A stretch of 64,000 bases of DNA, from positions 124,001-188,000 of the forward strand of contig OZ037770.1 of NCBI GenBank assembly GCA_964035545.1, written 5' to 3'. The position numbers and the translations under genes are program-made. Shown piece by piece: positions 23,944 to 37,600 of the stretch. Each line of letters starts with the position of its first letter. The first letter of the stretch is position 1. The stretch comes from Bugula neritina (taxonomy: Eukaryota; Animalia; Bryozoa). Under the pieces are notes generated by a model, which was given only the letters and a program-made list of their open reading frames with translations, ran no database searches and was not told where the DNA came from.

Positions 23944-26553
23944 GTAATACTAATTATAGTTATCTAATAGTAATAGTAATAGTAATTCTATTGGAACTCA
24001 TCATTTTGATTTTGATCATAATCATAATGATAATACTAATACTATAGAATGACACTCTTTACTATGATTCTTGCTTTAGAGTGACACTCTAGCTTATAGA
24101 GCCTGACTAGGAATAGGGAGGGTTTTCAGACGTGATCAGAGTTTATTTGAATCACCATGACCAACGTTGATCAAATAGTAATACTGACCGTAAAAACTAA
24201 AATGATAATTTAAATTACATAATGATAATGATTCAACATAAGGCATAATGATAATGATACTAATGCAAGCAAAATGTATGTAACATAATATAGTATGTAT
24301 GTAAAGGCACTAACAATGTATATAATGAATTGTAGAAAGCAGCATGAAATAACAATTCAACATAGCATGTAACTACAGCCCATATTTATATTATTGAAAC
24401 TTTATAACATAAAAATGTAATCACAATATATAATTGCAAATAAAAGCTTATTACCTCTTTTCTCTCTCTCCTAGTCTACTGTTATGTTGATGCTGTGGCT
24501 TTGCACAGTCTTTCAAATAATGCTATTCTTTGGTAGTCTTACATAACTAAAAAATGCTGTCTAAACTGACAGCATAACTCTAACGATATTGAAACTACTA
24601 GAGATGGTTTTGTCTTATATACTAATCCATTTGATAGACATTATTGTGTTGCAAAAAGTAGGATTTCACATTTTAGCTATTTTGGGGTAGGATCTTACTA
24701 TTTCAAAGAAGTGGGCTGAAGTAAACAAATATCGTGTGACATTACAGCTGATGCAAGCATAACTGCTGACCATGAATAATTCTACATGCGTAGCTAACGG
24801 TTTTAGTATAGTAATTAAACAAGCATTAGGTTGACTACTGACTTGCTAGTGGTTGGGTTAATTTTAGGCTGATGATATTGTGAATGATTTTACTATGAAT
24901 AATAATTCCTGTAAACACCATGCATCCTATTTAGTAACATTACAAATACTTGTACTAAATCCAATATTAATACATTAATAATATTATATTTGTAATTAAT
25001 ATTATTATTATAAATTATTTATTAAATTATAATAATAATATGTTAAATTTATTTATTATTATTAATATTATTAAATTTAATATTAATAATTTATTTTGAT
25101 TTCGTTTTGATTTTAATTTAATTTTTTTAATAAATTATCATTAAACTAAAACTTCAAGATTAATCATTAATGATTAATAGAAATAATGATCATAATGTCA
25201 TAGTATTAGGCCTAGTAATAGTCTAATACTAATAATACTAATAGTAACATTAATATTAATAATAGCAACTATTGATATTATTATTAAAATATTGTTCACT
25301 ACAAAAGTAAATTAATAACGTAACATAAAATTAAATACTAATAGTAATAGTAATACTTATAGTTAATGTTATACTAATAATAATAGTAATAATAATGGTA
25401 ATGCTAATAGTAACTAAATTTAATCAATACTTGTTATATACTTTTTATTGTAGTTTTTGTTGAACTTGATGTTATTGCATTTATAATGATTTAATTTTAA
25501 TAAATTTAAAATCGGTGATCATAATTATAATGATATTAACTATTAAGTATTTATCATTTATAATAACAATAATAATAGTAATGTCATCAATATAGAATAA
25601 GACTAAGAGTATGCCTTTGAAAGCATCAAACACTAATTCTGAAGGCTATAGTGATAGTCATAGAACTAGAAGTGCCTTATTTGGTTTACACTACACTTAC
25701 AGTGTCAGTGTAAAATTGTTTTGACTACAGCCATGTTTTTAATGATTATTGGTAAGAATCTACTATGATATTAGTGAGTTTCACTGTTTGCATATGCAGA
25801 TGGTGGCTCACCTCGCACAGTAGACCTATTGGTTATTAGCACATATTGAGGATGAAAATATGATAATAAATATGATTATGATCATCACAAAACAAGTCTA
25901 ACTTAGTTACTTATTAGTCTTCTTATGATTATGGTTTATAATGTTTGATTCCTAATCTTAGCTTTATGATATTATTTAATATTATTATTAAATTTAATTG
26001 GTATTTATATTAATAATATATTAATGTGTTATATTATTATAAATGTAATTATATCGCTCAGACTGAGGGAAATGGTAAACAGTGGGTAGCTTTATATAGT
26101 CTATATTATATAGTATATAATTTAAGTCCGAGATAAACTTTAAGAGCAAGCTGAAGCTTAGACTTGGAGATGTGTTTTTTATTTTAAAGACTGAAAGAAA
26201 TAATTTTTTGTCATAAAGCTTCACATTGGAATAATTTCACATGCTACTAGTATTACTCATACTTGATAATATTGATAAGAATAGTAAATAATAAATATAT
26301 TTAATAGTTTTGAGTATATAAGGATATCTTTATAATATTACTTGTAGATTCATGCTGTAGTTGACTAGCTCTACTCATTTCTTGTGCAATCTTGAAACGA
26401 ATCTGTATTAATGTATTTTTGATTAGTTAAACTTAACCATAAATTAGTAGTTTGACGGTTTAAAATATAATTTAACCAAATTTGTAGTAGCAATCGTGAA
26501 ATTCTTTTATTGTAGGCAGCAATCATATAATTGGTTTGACTTGATCACGTGAT

Positions 26554-29221
26554 ATGCCTAAAACAAAGGGATATTGTCGGCCAATCTTTGAGTTCTTTGT
26601 TGTGTCGGGACTGGAGAATGGCAAAGAGTTGGTGTGTTTTGACGTCAACTCGTCATCTGATGCCGAGACAGCAGACTCAGGTCTATACTTTATGTTGTCT
26701 TGAGTCATCAGTATTCTCTGCTTGAGTCATCAGTATTCTCTGCTTCATAAACTAGAAATCTTCTCAACATAATAGTCACTCTGGAAATAACAAATACTCT
26801 TTGATGTTTTGTTAAAGAATAAGCAAGTGTTTAGTGAGTTGATGTTGAGTGACTTAGTTAACATTACCACTGAGTCCTTCCTCTTTCAGACCTCACAAGT
26901 CTAGTCTCTCCTCTCCAGCAAACTTACCAGGCGTCACTGCTCTCCAGCTACCCCCTCAAAGACCCTCACGGCAAGCTAGATCCTCAGGCTTTGACTGCAG
27001 TAAGTCACAATTCTTCATTACTATATATATATATAGTAATAGTACTCTATTACTATATATAGTAATGATACTCTATTACTATATATAGTAATGATACTCT
27101 ATTACTATGTATATTGTATAGTAATGATACTCTATTACTATGTATAGTAATGATACTCTATTACTATATATAGTAATGATACTCTATTACTATGTATAGT
27201 AATGATACTCTATTACTGTGCATAGTAATGATACTGTAGGAGTTGTTTACTGCTGAAGATATTCTCCAGTCAAATGTTTGCTCAGCCTGCAGGCAGTTTA
27301 TTGATTGAATGTTTCAAGTCTTTAGCAAATTAGCTAAATTACCATACTACTTGGGCTTTTACTGCCAAATCTATGCTTACACTTGCAAGTGCTTACTCCG
27401 TACTACAGTTATATACTCTATATTACAGTTATATACTCTATATTACAGTTATATACTCTATATTACAGTTATATACTCTATATTACAGTTATATACTCTA
27501 TATTACAGTTATATACTCTATATTACAGTTGTATACTCTATATTACAGTTATGTACTCTATATTACAATTATATACTCTATATTACAGTTATATACTCTA
27601 TATTACAGTTACATACTCTATATTACAGTTATGTACTCTATATTACAGTTACATACTCTATATTACAGTTATGTACTCTATATTACAATTATATACTCTA
27701 TATTACAGTTATGTACTCTATATTACAGTTATATACTCTATATTACAGTTATATACTCTATATTACAGTTATGTACTCTATATTACAGTTATATACTCTA
27801 TATTACAGTTATGTACTCTATATTACAGTTATGTACTCTATATTACAGTTATATACTCTATATTACAGTTATATACTCTATACTACAGTTACACACTCTA
27901 TATTACAGTTACATACTCTATATTACAGTTATACACTCTATATTACAGTTATATACTCTATACTACAGTTATACACTCTATATTACAGTTATACACTCTA
28001 TATTACAATTATATACTCTATATTACAGTTATATACTCTATATTACAGTTATATACTCTATATTACAGTTATATACTCTATATTACAGTTATATACTCTA
28101 TATTACAGTTATATACTCTATATTACAGTTATACACTCTATATTACAGTTATGTACTCTATATTACAGTTATATACTCTATATTACAGTTATGTACTCTA
28201 TATTACAGTTATATACTCTCTATATTACTAGTATATACTCTATATTACAGTTATATACTCTATATTACAGTTATATACTCTATATTACAGTTATATACTC
28301 TATATTACAGTTATATACTCTATATTACAGTTATGTACTCTATATTACAGTTATATACTCTATATTACAGTTATGTACTCTATATTACAGTTATATACTC
28401 TATATTACAGTTATGTACTCTATATTACAGTTATATACTCTATATTACAGTTATATACTCTATATTACAGCTGTGTTTCCCTCATGGAGTATCTCTATAT
28501 GAAGAGATACCTGACCAGCCACTCACTTTCCACCCATTCATCATAACCAGAGAAGATGGTTCTAAGGTTCACGCCGCATCTCTCTCCTTCTATGAGCAGG
28601 TAACTCCTAGTATAACCTTCACCCTGTCTCTGTATAACCTACACCCTGTCTCTGTATAACCTTCACCTTGTCTCTGTATAACTTACACCTTGTCTCTGTA
28701 TAACCTACACCCTGTCTCTGTATAACCTTCACCTTGTCTCTGTATAACCTACACCTTGTCTCTGTATAACCAGGTTGCTGGCACTATCTAAACACCGAGG
28801 AAATTTATTCAAGCAATCAAAAGCTACTCTCTCCCTTTCAATAGACCATTAACTGATCAGTGAACTATGCAGGCAACACTAGCCAATATTGTTTAGTTAC
28901 TTTCCTCTTCCTACATACTTAATATAAACACGTGTTACATGTATGTATATCCAGGATATGGTGACATCACCACTACATTGCATCAACTACTCTCACCTTA
29001 AGGTCACTGCTGCCTGGGGGTCAACTCTCAAATGTCAGATTGAGTTATAAATTATTGGCATCAGAAGTGTGAGCTTACTAAATCTCCTCTCTATCACAGT
29101 ATTGTATCATGTCATCTCTCTCCCCCCTTCTCCTTCTCTCCCCTTCTCTCCCCCTCTCTCCCCCTCTCTCCCCCTCTCTCCCCCTCTCTCCCCCTCTCTC
29201 CCCCTCTCTCCCCCTCTCTCC

Positions 29222-29252
<31 letters not shown>

Positions 29253-29302
29253 CCTCTCTCCCTCTCTCCCTCTCTCTCTCTCTCTCTCTCCCTCTCTCCC
29301 CC

Positions 29303-29344
<42 letters not shown>

Positions 29345-32300
29345 TCTCCCTCTCTCTCTCTCTCTCTCTCCCTCTCTCCCCCTCTCTCTCCCTCTCTCTC
29401 TCTCCCTCTCTCTCTCTCCCCCTCTCTCCCCCTCTCTCCCCCTCTCTCCCCCTCTCTCCCCCTCTCTCCCCCTCTCTCCCCCTCTCTCCCCCTCTCCCCC
29501 TCTCCCCCTCTCCCCCTCTCCCCCTCTCCCCCTCTCCCCCTCTCCCCCTCTCCCCCTCTCCCCCTCTCCCTCTCTCCCTCTCTCCCTCTCTCTCTCAGTA
29601 TATCGCTCTATTCTACTCTCTATCGCCTCATCTGATTTGTAGGTGAGTGATGATGTCATAGAACAGATCAATGACCTCTGCAAGCAGTTTCACAGACAGC
29701 TACAGAAGACTAGTGTAGGCAGACTCTCCAACTACAGACCTCTACACTCCCTCTACGCCACTAAGTCTATCTGTGTCGTCATGTCTCACCCCTTCCACAG
29801 GGCATCAGAGTCTCTACTCAGACACATCCTCTCTGTGGCCCTCCACTCCGCCCACTCGCTGCCGGTAAGCTCCGCCCACCCGCTGCCTGTGGAGTGTCAC
29901 ATATTCAACATGTTGTACGAGATGCCACTGCCTCCCCCTGGTAGGAGTACTCGCATGTTCTCTGGGAAGAAGAGCATCATCTGCTACAGACCAGGTATTC
30001 TCTATATACTCTATATACTCTCTATATATATAAACTCTCTATATATATATACTCTCTATATACTCTCTATATACTCTATATACTCTCTATATACTCTATA
30101 TACTCTGTATACTCTATATATACTCTATATATACTCTATATATACTCTCTATATACTCTCTATATACTTTCTATATACTCTATATACTCTGTATACTCTA
30201 TATATACTCTCTATATACTCTATATATACTCTCTATACTCTCTATATACTCTATATATACTCTCTATATACTCTATATATACTCTCTATATACTCTCTAT
30301 ATACTCTCTATATACTTTCTATATACTCTCTATATACTTTCTATATACTCTCTATATACTCTATATATACTCTCTATATACTCTCTATATACGCTATATA
30401 TACTCTCTATATACTCTCTATATACTCTCTATATACTCTATATATACTCTATATATACTCTCTCTATATACTATCTATATATACTCTATATACTCTCTAT
30501 ATACTCTCTATATACTCTCTATATATACTCTCTATATACTCTCTATATATACTCTCTATATACTCTCTATATACTCTATATATACTCTCTATATACTCTA
30601 TATATACTCTATATATACTCTCTATATACTCTCTATATACTCTCTATATACTATATACTCTCTCTACTATGTTGTACTCTATCTATCTACTCTGTATATA
30701 CTCTCTATACTATATACTCTCTCTATACTATATACTCTCTCTACTGTATTATACTCTACTGTATTATATTCTACTGTATATACTCTCTATCTATCTACTC
30801 TACTGTATTTGAGGTAACGAGGAGTTGCCCCTCCTAGACTACCCTCTACACACGGTGCTACTCATGCTGGGTGCTCACGGACTAATCACTCTATTCAAGT
30901 GTGCCATGCTGGAGCAGAGAATCCTCATCAAGTGCTCTCAGTACCGCAGACTAATGCTAGTAAGTGAGTGTCTCAACTCCCTTCTTTTCCCCTTCACCTG
31001 GGCCCACGTCTACGTGCCGATACTCCCCGCCTCCATGTACCACTTCCTGGACGCGCCTGTGCCCTTCATCATGGGTCTGTATCAGAGAGAGAGCGGCGTC
31101 GAGACTGAGGAGATTTCTACTTGTGAGGTGAGCTATACAGTGGTGTACTAGAGGGGGTTATACAGTGGTGTGCTAGAGGGGGTTATGCAGTGGTGTACTA
31201 GAGGGGGTTATACAGTGGTGTACTAGAGGGGGTTATACAGTGGTGTACTAGAGGGGGTTATACAGTGGTGTGCTAGAGGGGGCTATACAGTGGTGTACTA
31301 GAGGGGTTATAAAGTGGTGTACTAAAGGGGGTTATACAGTGGTGTACTAGAGGGGGCTAAACAGTGGTGTACTAGAGGGGGTTATACAGTGGTGTACTAG
31401 AGGGGTTATACAGTGGTGTACTAGAGGGGTTATAAAGTGGTGTACTAAAGGGGTTATACACCTAGCCTTGTGTTCCTAGATGTGCCTGGTAGATTTAGAG
31501 GCTGGTACTGTGGAGCCACCTGAGGAACTGCCACAGTTTCCTCACTTCAGTGAAATGACTAGTGAACTAGAGGAGTTGTGCTCTCTGTACGGTGTTGAGC
31601 TAAGGGGAGATAATAATGAACACAACAGCGATTTAGGTATCTAGTAATATGTCTAGTAATATATCTAGTAATATACATAGTAATATATCTAGTAATGTAG
31701 TAATGTATCTAGTAATATATTAATATATATTGTGGTATATCTGGTAATATATTTAGTAACATAGTAATATATCTAGTAATATAGTAATGTATCTAGTAAT
31801 ATATTAATATATATTGTAGTATATCTGGTAATATATCTAGTAACATAGTAATATATCTAGTAACATAGTAATATATCTAGTAATATATAGTTTATATTGT
31901 AGGGTTGAGCAGCCAGGAAGGGACGTCCCCCCAGCAAGCCAATAGAATCAGTGAGATGAAGTCAGACATAGCTAAACTAGGAAGTAGTAGCAGATTGGCA
32001 GAGCTGGAAGCTATTGTCAAGGGAGTGGGAGTTATCTCTTCTATTGAGGGAGACCTCAAGGAGGTGCTCAATGAGAAGAAGCAGAAAGAAGCTGATGATT
32101 TTAAGGAGAAACAGTCCAAGAATAAAGCTCTGCAGGTAAATGTCACACTCACCTGCTACTAGATGTCACACTCACCTGCTACTAGATGTCACACTCACCT
32201 GTCACTAGATGTCACACTTACTTACCTGTCACTAGATGTCACACTCACCTGCTACTAGATGTCACACTCACCTGCTACTAGATGTCACACTTACCTGTCA

Positions 32301-34546
32301 CTAGATGTCACACTCACCTGTCACTAGATGTCACACTCACCTATCACTAGATGTCACACTCACCTATCACTAGGTGTCACCTGCTTAGCCCCCAGGCACT
32401 CTGATATACACTTAACATATTATTTTATATACTCTAAGTATTTTACCTGCTTATTTCAAAATGTGATGAATTCAAAATGTAATTTTACCAAATTATACAC
32501 TTTGATGGGCTCCACTAACTAGCGTTTGCTTTTTATTAAATATTTTAAAATATGCTCTCTATTCATTGACATGCTATCTAGGTAACCATCTATTGTCTTT
32601 AAATGTTGAAGGTGTGGTTTCATGTTCATACTAGTCAGTTGTGTCCTTCTAGTTTTACTTTAGTGCTAGTAGAGAGTAAAGTTGTAGTTTCACTTTAGTA
32701 CTAGTAGAGAGTAAAGCTGTAGTTTCACTTTAGTACTAGTGGAGAGTAAAGTTGTAGTTTCACTTTAGTGCTAGTGGAGAGTAAAGTTGTAGTTTCACTT
32801 TAGTACTAGTGGAGAGTAAAGTTGTAGTTTCACTTTAGTACTAGTGGAGAGTAAAGTTGTAGTTTCACTTTAGTGCTAGTGGAGAGTAAAGTTGTAGTTT
32901 CACTTTAGTACTAGTGGAGACTCACTCTAACACTAATAAGACTGAGTGTTGTCCTCTCTTGTACCCACAGGACCTGAAGGAGTTGAAGCTGTCAGAATGC
33001 ATACGTCAGGTGTTCTTTAGAGCTCAGCTACGTCTGTTTGCTCACTACGAGAAGTTCGTCATCTACCCTGTGCAGTGCGACATCAACTCATGGATATGGA
33101 GTCGTGAGATGATGTCCAACTTTGATAAGGAGGCTTTCCTGGGAGACCAGTCTACTCTCTACCAGCCTTTTCTATGCAGATTTCTAGGTATGAGTCTATC
33201 TATTGAGAGAGGATAACTCTGTACATACTCTGTACGCCTTACCTATACTACATACTGGTCTACCCTCTGTACTCTGTGTTATACCTGTCTACACTCTCTC
33301 ATATCAAATTATCAAACACTCCCTGCACACACTGCGTACACTACACACACTGTACACACTGTACACACTGTACACACTGCACACACTGTATACACATCTA
33401 GTAATTGAATTAAGTATTATCCTCTTGTTACTCTCCATTCTTCACACCCAGCCCTGTCTGATGATCCAATAGAATAGCCAGTGTTGTTTCTGTATACAAA
33501 CTGAGAGCTGCATTGTTCAGCCTGCACTCACTTCCCCAGCCTGCTTTAATTATCTCAGGAAATGCCCTGCCCACTCTGCCCACTCTGCCTGCTATACACA
33601 CTATACACTAGTACACACTATACACTAACACACACTATACACGTATGAGGAGCTCTTAGTAGGCAGTATACTGTAGCTATTGTACTCAGTATTACATTAT
33701 TCAGTAGTTATCTCCCTTGCTTGTTTATACCTCTGCCCATTGTGCACTCAGCTGTGTTAGTAGTGAGCTGTGTTAGTAGTGAGCTGTGTTAGTAGTGAGC
33801 TGGGAGATAGTGATGTAGTCAGCTGCTTCTACTCAACAGCCGCTGCCTACACCGATATTCTACTCTTATCATCAGCTCAGCAGGTGTTTATCTCCTCTCC
33901 TTCTCCCGCTGTCCGTCAGCACTGCTGTGTCTGCTGCCTCATTCAGAGTACTGCTGCCGCTCTCTGCAGTCTGTTGCTGCTGCCTCTTGGGACAAAACTT
34001 TCCCTCTGTCTACGAAGGAATCGTTTACTCTCTGTTGCTAAGGAATTAGTTGCTATGGTGACAGATCTCTCACAACTTGTGAGCATCTCCTCTAGACATC
34101 ATGGTGTCTGTACTTGCATCCTCCGCTCCAGGCGAGTTGAGCTCTGCTAACACTTCTCCACTGACCTCCACAGGTGACCCTAGCCAGAAATCCCCTCGCT
34201 GGGTTAGACTCAGTGTCTCCATATTCTCTCAGCATGTTGCTGTTTTAGAGACGCAGATGTTTGCCTCCTTCATAGACAACAAAATAGTGTCGCAGTGGCA
34301 GCATCCGGATAGAGGGGTCAAGGTGTTTGACATCAGCAACAAGGTGAAGGTCACTGAGGAAAATGTAGACGACCACCAGAAGGCCGTGTATGAGAAGCTG
34401 GATAATATAGAGTTGATTGGTGAGTACTACTACTACTACTAGTACTACTACTAGTACTACTACTACTAGTACTACTACTAGTAGTAATACTACTACTACT
34501 ACTAGTACTAGTACTCCTACTACTACTACTAGTACTACTACTACTA

Positions 34547-34582
<36 letters not shown>

Positions 34583-34583
34583 G

Positions 34584-34651
<68 letters not shown>

Positions 34652-37600
34652 GTACTACTACTACTACTACTACTACTACTAGTACTACTACTATTACTAC
34701 AACTACTAGTACTACTAGTACTACTACTACCACTGTCATTAATGCTATAAGTGTTGGGCCACACGGGTGTATTTTAGCAGACAAAAATTTGCACCACAAG
34801 TAGAATGCCAAATGCGAATATTTTCTGTCATCGTTACCTAATTGGCCTGTAGTTATTTAGAGAGCCCGTTTTTTTAATTTAGTGTTACATTCCAGTAAAT
34901 TGCGTTTTATTGAATGTGAGGGATATTTAAAAATGAAAATTTAATTTATCTCGCACATGTAGCCATAGAACAAGGCCAGCAGTGAAGTTAAACCCAAACA
35001 TTATTAGCTAGTAGTTTTTCACTTTTACTGACGGGCCGTTCGTGTACAGTGGACACCTTTTTTACTTGTGGTACGAATTTTCGTCTGCAAAAATACGCCC
35101 GTGTGGCGTTACTATCCCTTTTCACTGTATTTGGTGAATTGTATGACTTCTGTACTATGTATTAGTGCCCAGTAGCATATCAATTATATGTTAGACTTTT
35201 AACCACTACACTTTATCAGTCACAGCCCAAAGGTGATCATCTGCTGGGAACATTTCTTCTAGTTTCTTGTAATTTCTATATACAAGTGTCTAGCACATGT
35301 CAATGTCAGTCCCAGAGTCTCTTGTACTGAGAGTCACTACTGACTGTGTACTGAGAGTCACTACTGACTGTGTACTGAGAGTCACTACTGACTGTGTACT
35401 GAGAGTTAACCCAGACTCAGTTGTCAGGCAGATAGGAAGTGAGAATTGACATATTTGTGATAAGACAGATTTCACAGTTGCTTCAGTTCCTTAGCTGCTA
35501 CTCATAGCTGCCACTATCGAATGTGTATCTCCCCCCCCCCCCACTCAGTGGATAGTAATTATTGCTGCCTCTGCATAGCTGCCTCACATTGTTAGCTAAT
35601 TAGTTGTTGGATTAAGTAATTAACTCACCTGCTCACAACACAAGTAATCTCATTAGCATTTCCTACCTGAGTGCAGTGTAGTGAGTTACTGCTCATAGTC
35701 ATAGTTATATAGCAATATATCTACTGGCTGTGCTGAGTTGAGTGCAGTGTAGTGAGTTACTACTCATAGTCATAGTTATATAGCAATATATCCACTGGCT
35801 GTGCTCAGTTGTGTCATCATGTAAATACTAAATATTATAGTGATGAATATAATAAACATGGTGATACATATGATGATAGATATTATACTTTATTATACAT
35901 AGAATAAAACAATTCTCTTCAGTTTCCTTCAGTCAAACATTACTCAGATTCTAGGTTTATAAACCTGGTTTGTTGATACGAAGTAACTGTGATTGGCTAG
36001 TCAGTTGGCGTGAAGTAACAAGGTCTGTGAGGCAGGATCTGGTTGAAGATGTTGTAGTAGACGAAGGCGAGGTCAGAGCAGGTTATGAGAAGCAGCAGCT
36101 TCATGTCATCATCCAGTCCCTCATCTAAAAACAGGATTTTCACTGCCCGTTCTCCGTAGATCACCTTCGCCAAGCTGCAGTTCGCAGCGTCAACAGCAAT
36201 AATGTTTGCCCTTGAACCTGGGGTCACAGGGCTTGTCACAAAGTACGAGCAGTTCCCCTCTGGAGAGAAGCACGTAGTTGAAGGGTTTTGCTCAGTGAAC
36301 ATGGTGTAGACACCAACTGCGGTCCCGTCATCTCGATACACTGTCACTGTGTTGAGAGAGTCACCCCCTGGACCACTGTTGGCCGTGCAGTAGGCTTGCC
36401 GATTGCCAAACCTATCGTAGACGAGAATCTGGTGAGTGAGGGAGAGCACCTCGAGCACGTGCACCACTCTGCTGTCTCTCGTACTGTCTATCACATTGGC
36501 GTACAGTCGACCATACTTGTAGAACTCACCTTCACCTATGACTAGCTGGTCTCTGCAGGCCGGCCGTATATCCACTCTCCAGCACATCTTCACCTCACTC
36601 TCCTCACGCCTGACAGGAAGTTCTACCGGCAGCGGCTCATAGAGGAGGAAGTGGTAGTACTCCCTCATCGCTGCCAATACAATCACACCTATAACTTGCT
36701 GAGAGCAACCTTCCAGTGCCGTTATCACGATGACAGCCTCTTCTCTATGAAGTCTGGCCACGGTGTCATCACTTCGCACAAACTGTATGACATCGCTGCC
36801 GTTGGTTGGTGAGCGGCGGATTTCTAGAGTCTCCGAGACGCCATTTTGTGTCACGCTGACTGAACCCTTGCTGACTACTGCCTGGACGTCAAACGTAGAG
36901 CTGCGAAGGTGGAACTGGGAGGGCTCCAGCCATCTCTTGTCATCCAGACCCCCTCCCCCTACGTGCTGCCCCTCTCTATCCACCAACCTCACAGTCACTC
37001 GACTAGAACCCCTCACCCTGTCTGCATATATACATCCCAGAGTTCCCGGCTCCAGATCCGACCTGATGATATCAAACTGTGTGCTGAGGGAGACATTGAG
37101 GGCCGTCACCCTGTCCGCCCGCACTGCAAACTGCCCTCTCAGTAGACTAGTTAACAGGTCAGCAGGCTCGTCGCAGTCAGCGGCCATCTTGTCTCAAAGG
37201 AAGTCATGTGAAATAAACTCGTGAAGCCATTTTGAAATATGAAATAAAATGCAGCATTTCAAATAACTTGTAGTTTTCATCTCCAGTATAATAATTACAT
37301 TACATTACAGTATATAATATAGCACATTACAACATATAATATAGCACATTACAACATATAATATAGCACATTACAGCATATAATATAGCACATTACAACA
37401 TATAATATAGCACATTACAACATATAATATAGCACATTACAGCATATAATATAGCACATTACAGCATATAATATAGCATATTACAGTATATAATATAGCA
37501 CATTACAGCATATAATATAGCACATTACAACATATAATATAGCACGTATGTTATTGTAGAAGCGATGATAGAGAGACGAAGTAGTTTAACAGACTATATA

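Noticed and set aside
27309-30812. 400-aa Y/I/L/S-rich and SP/ER-rich ORFs
   Set aside because: Intronic tandem repeats; only the embedded DENND5 exon portions are coding.
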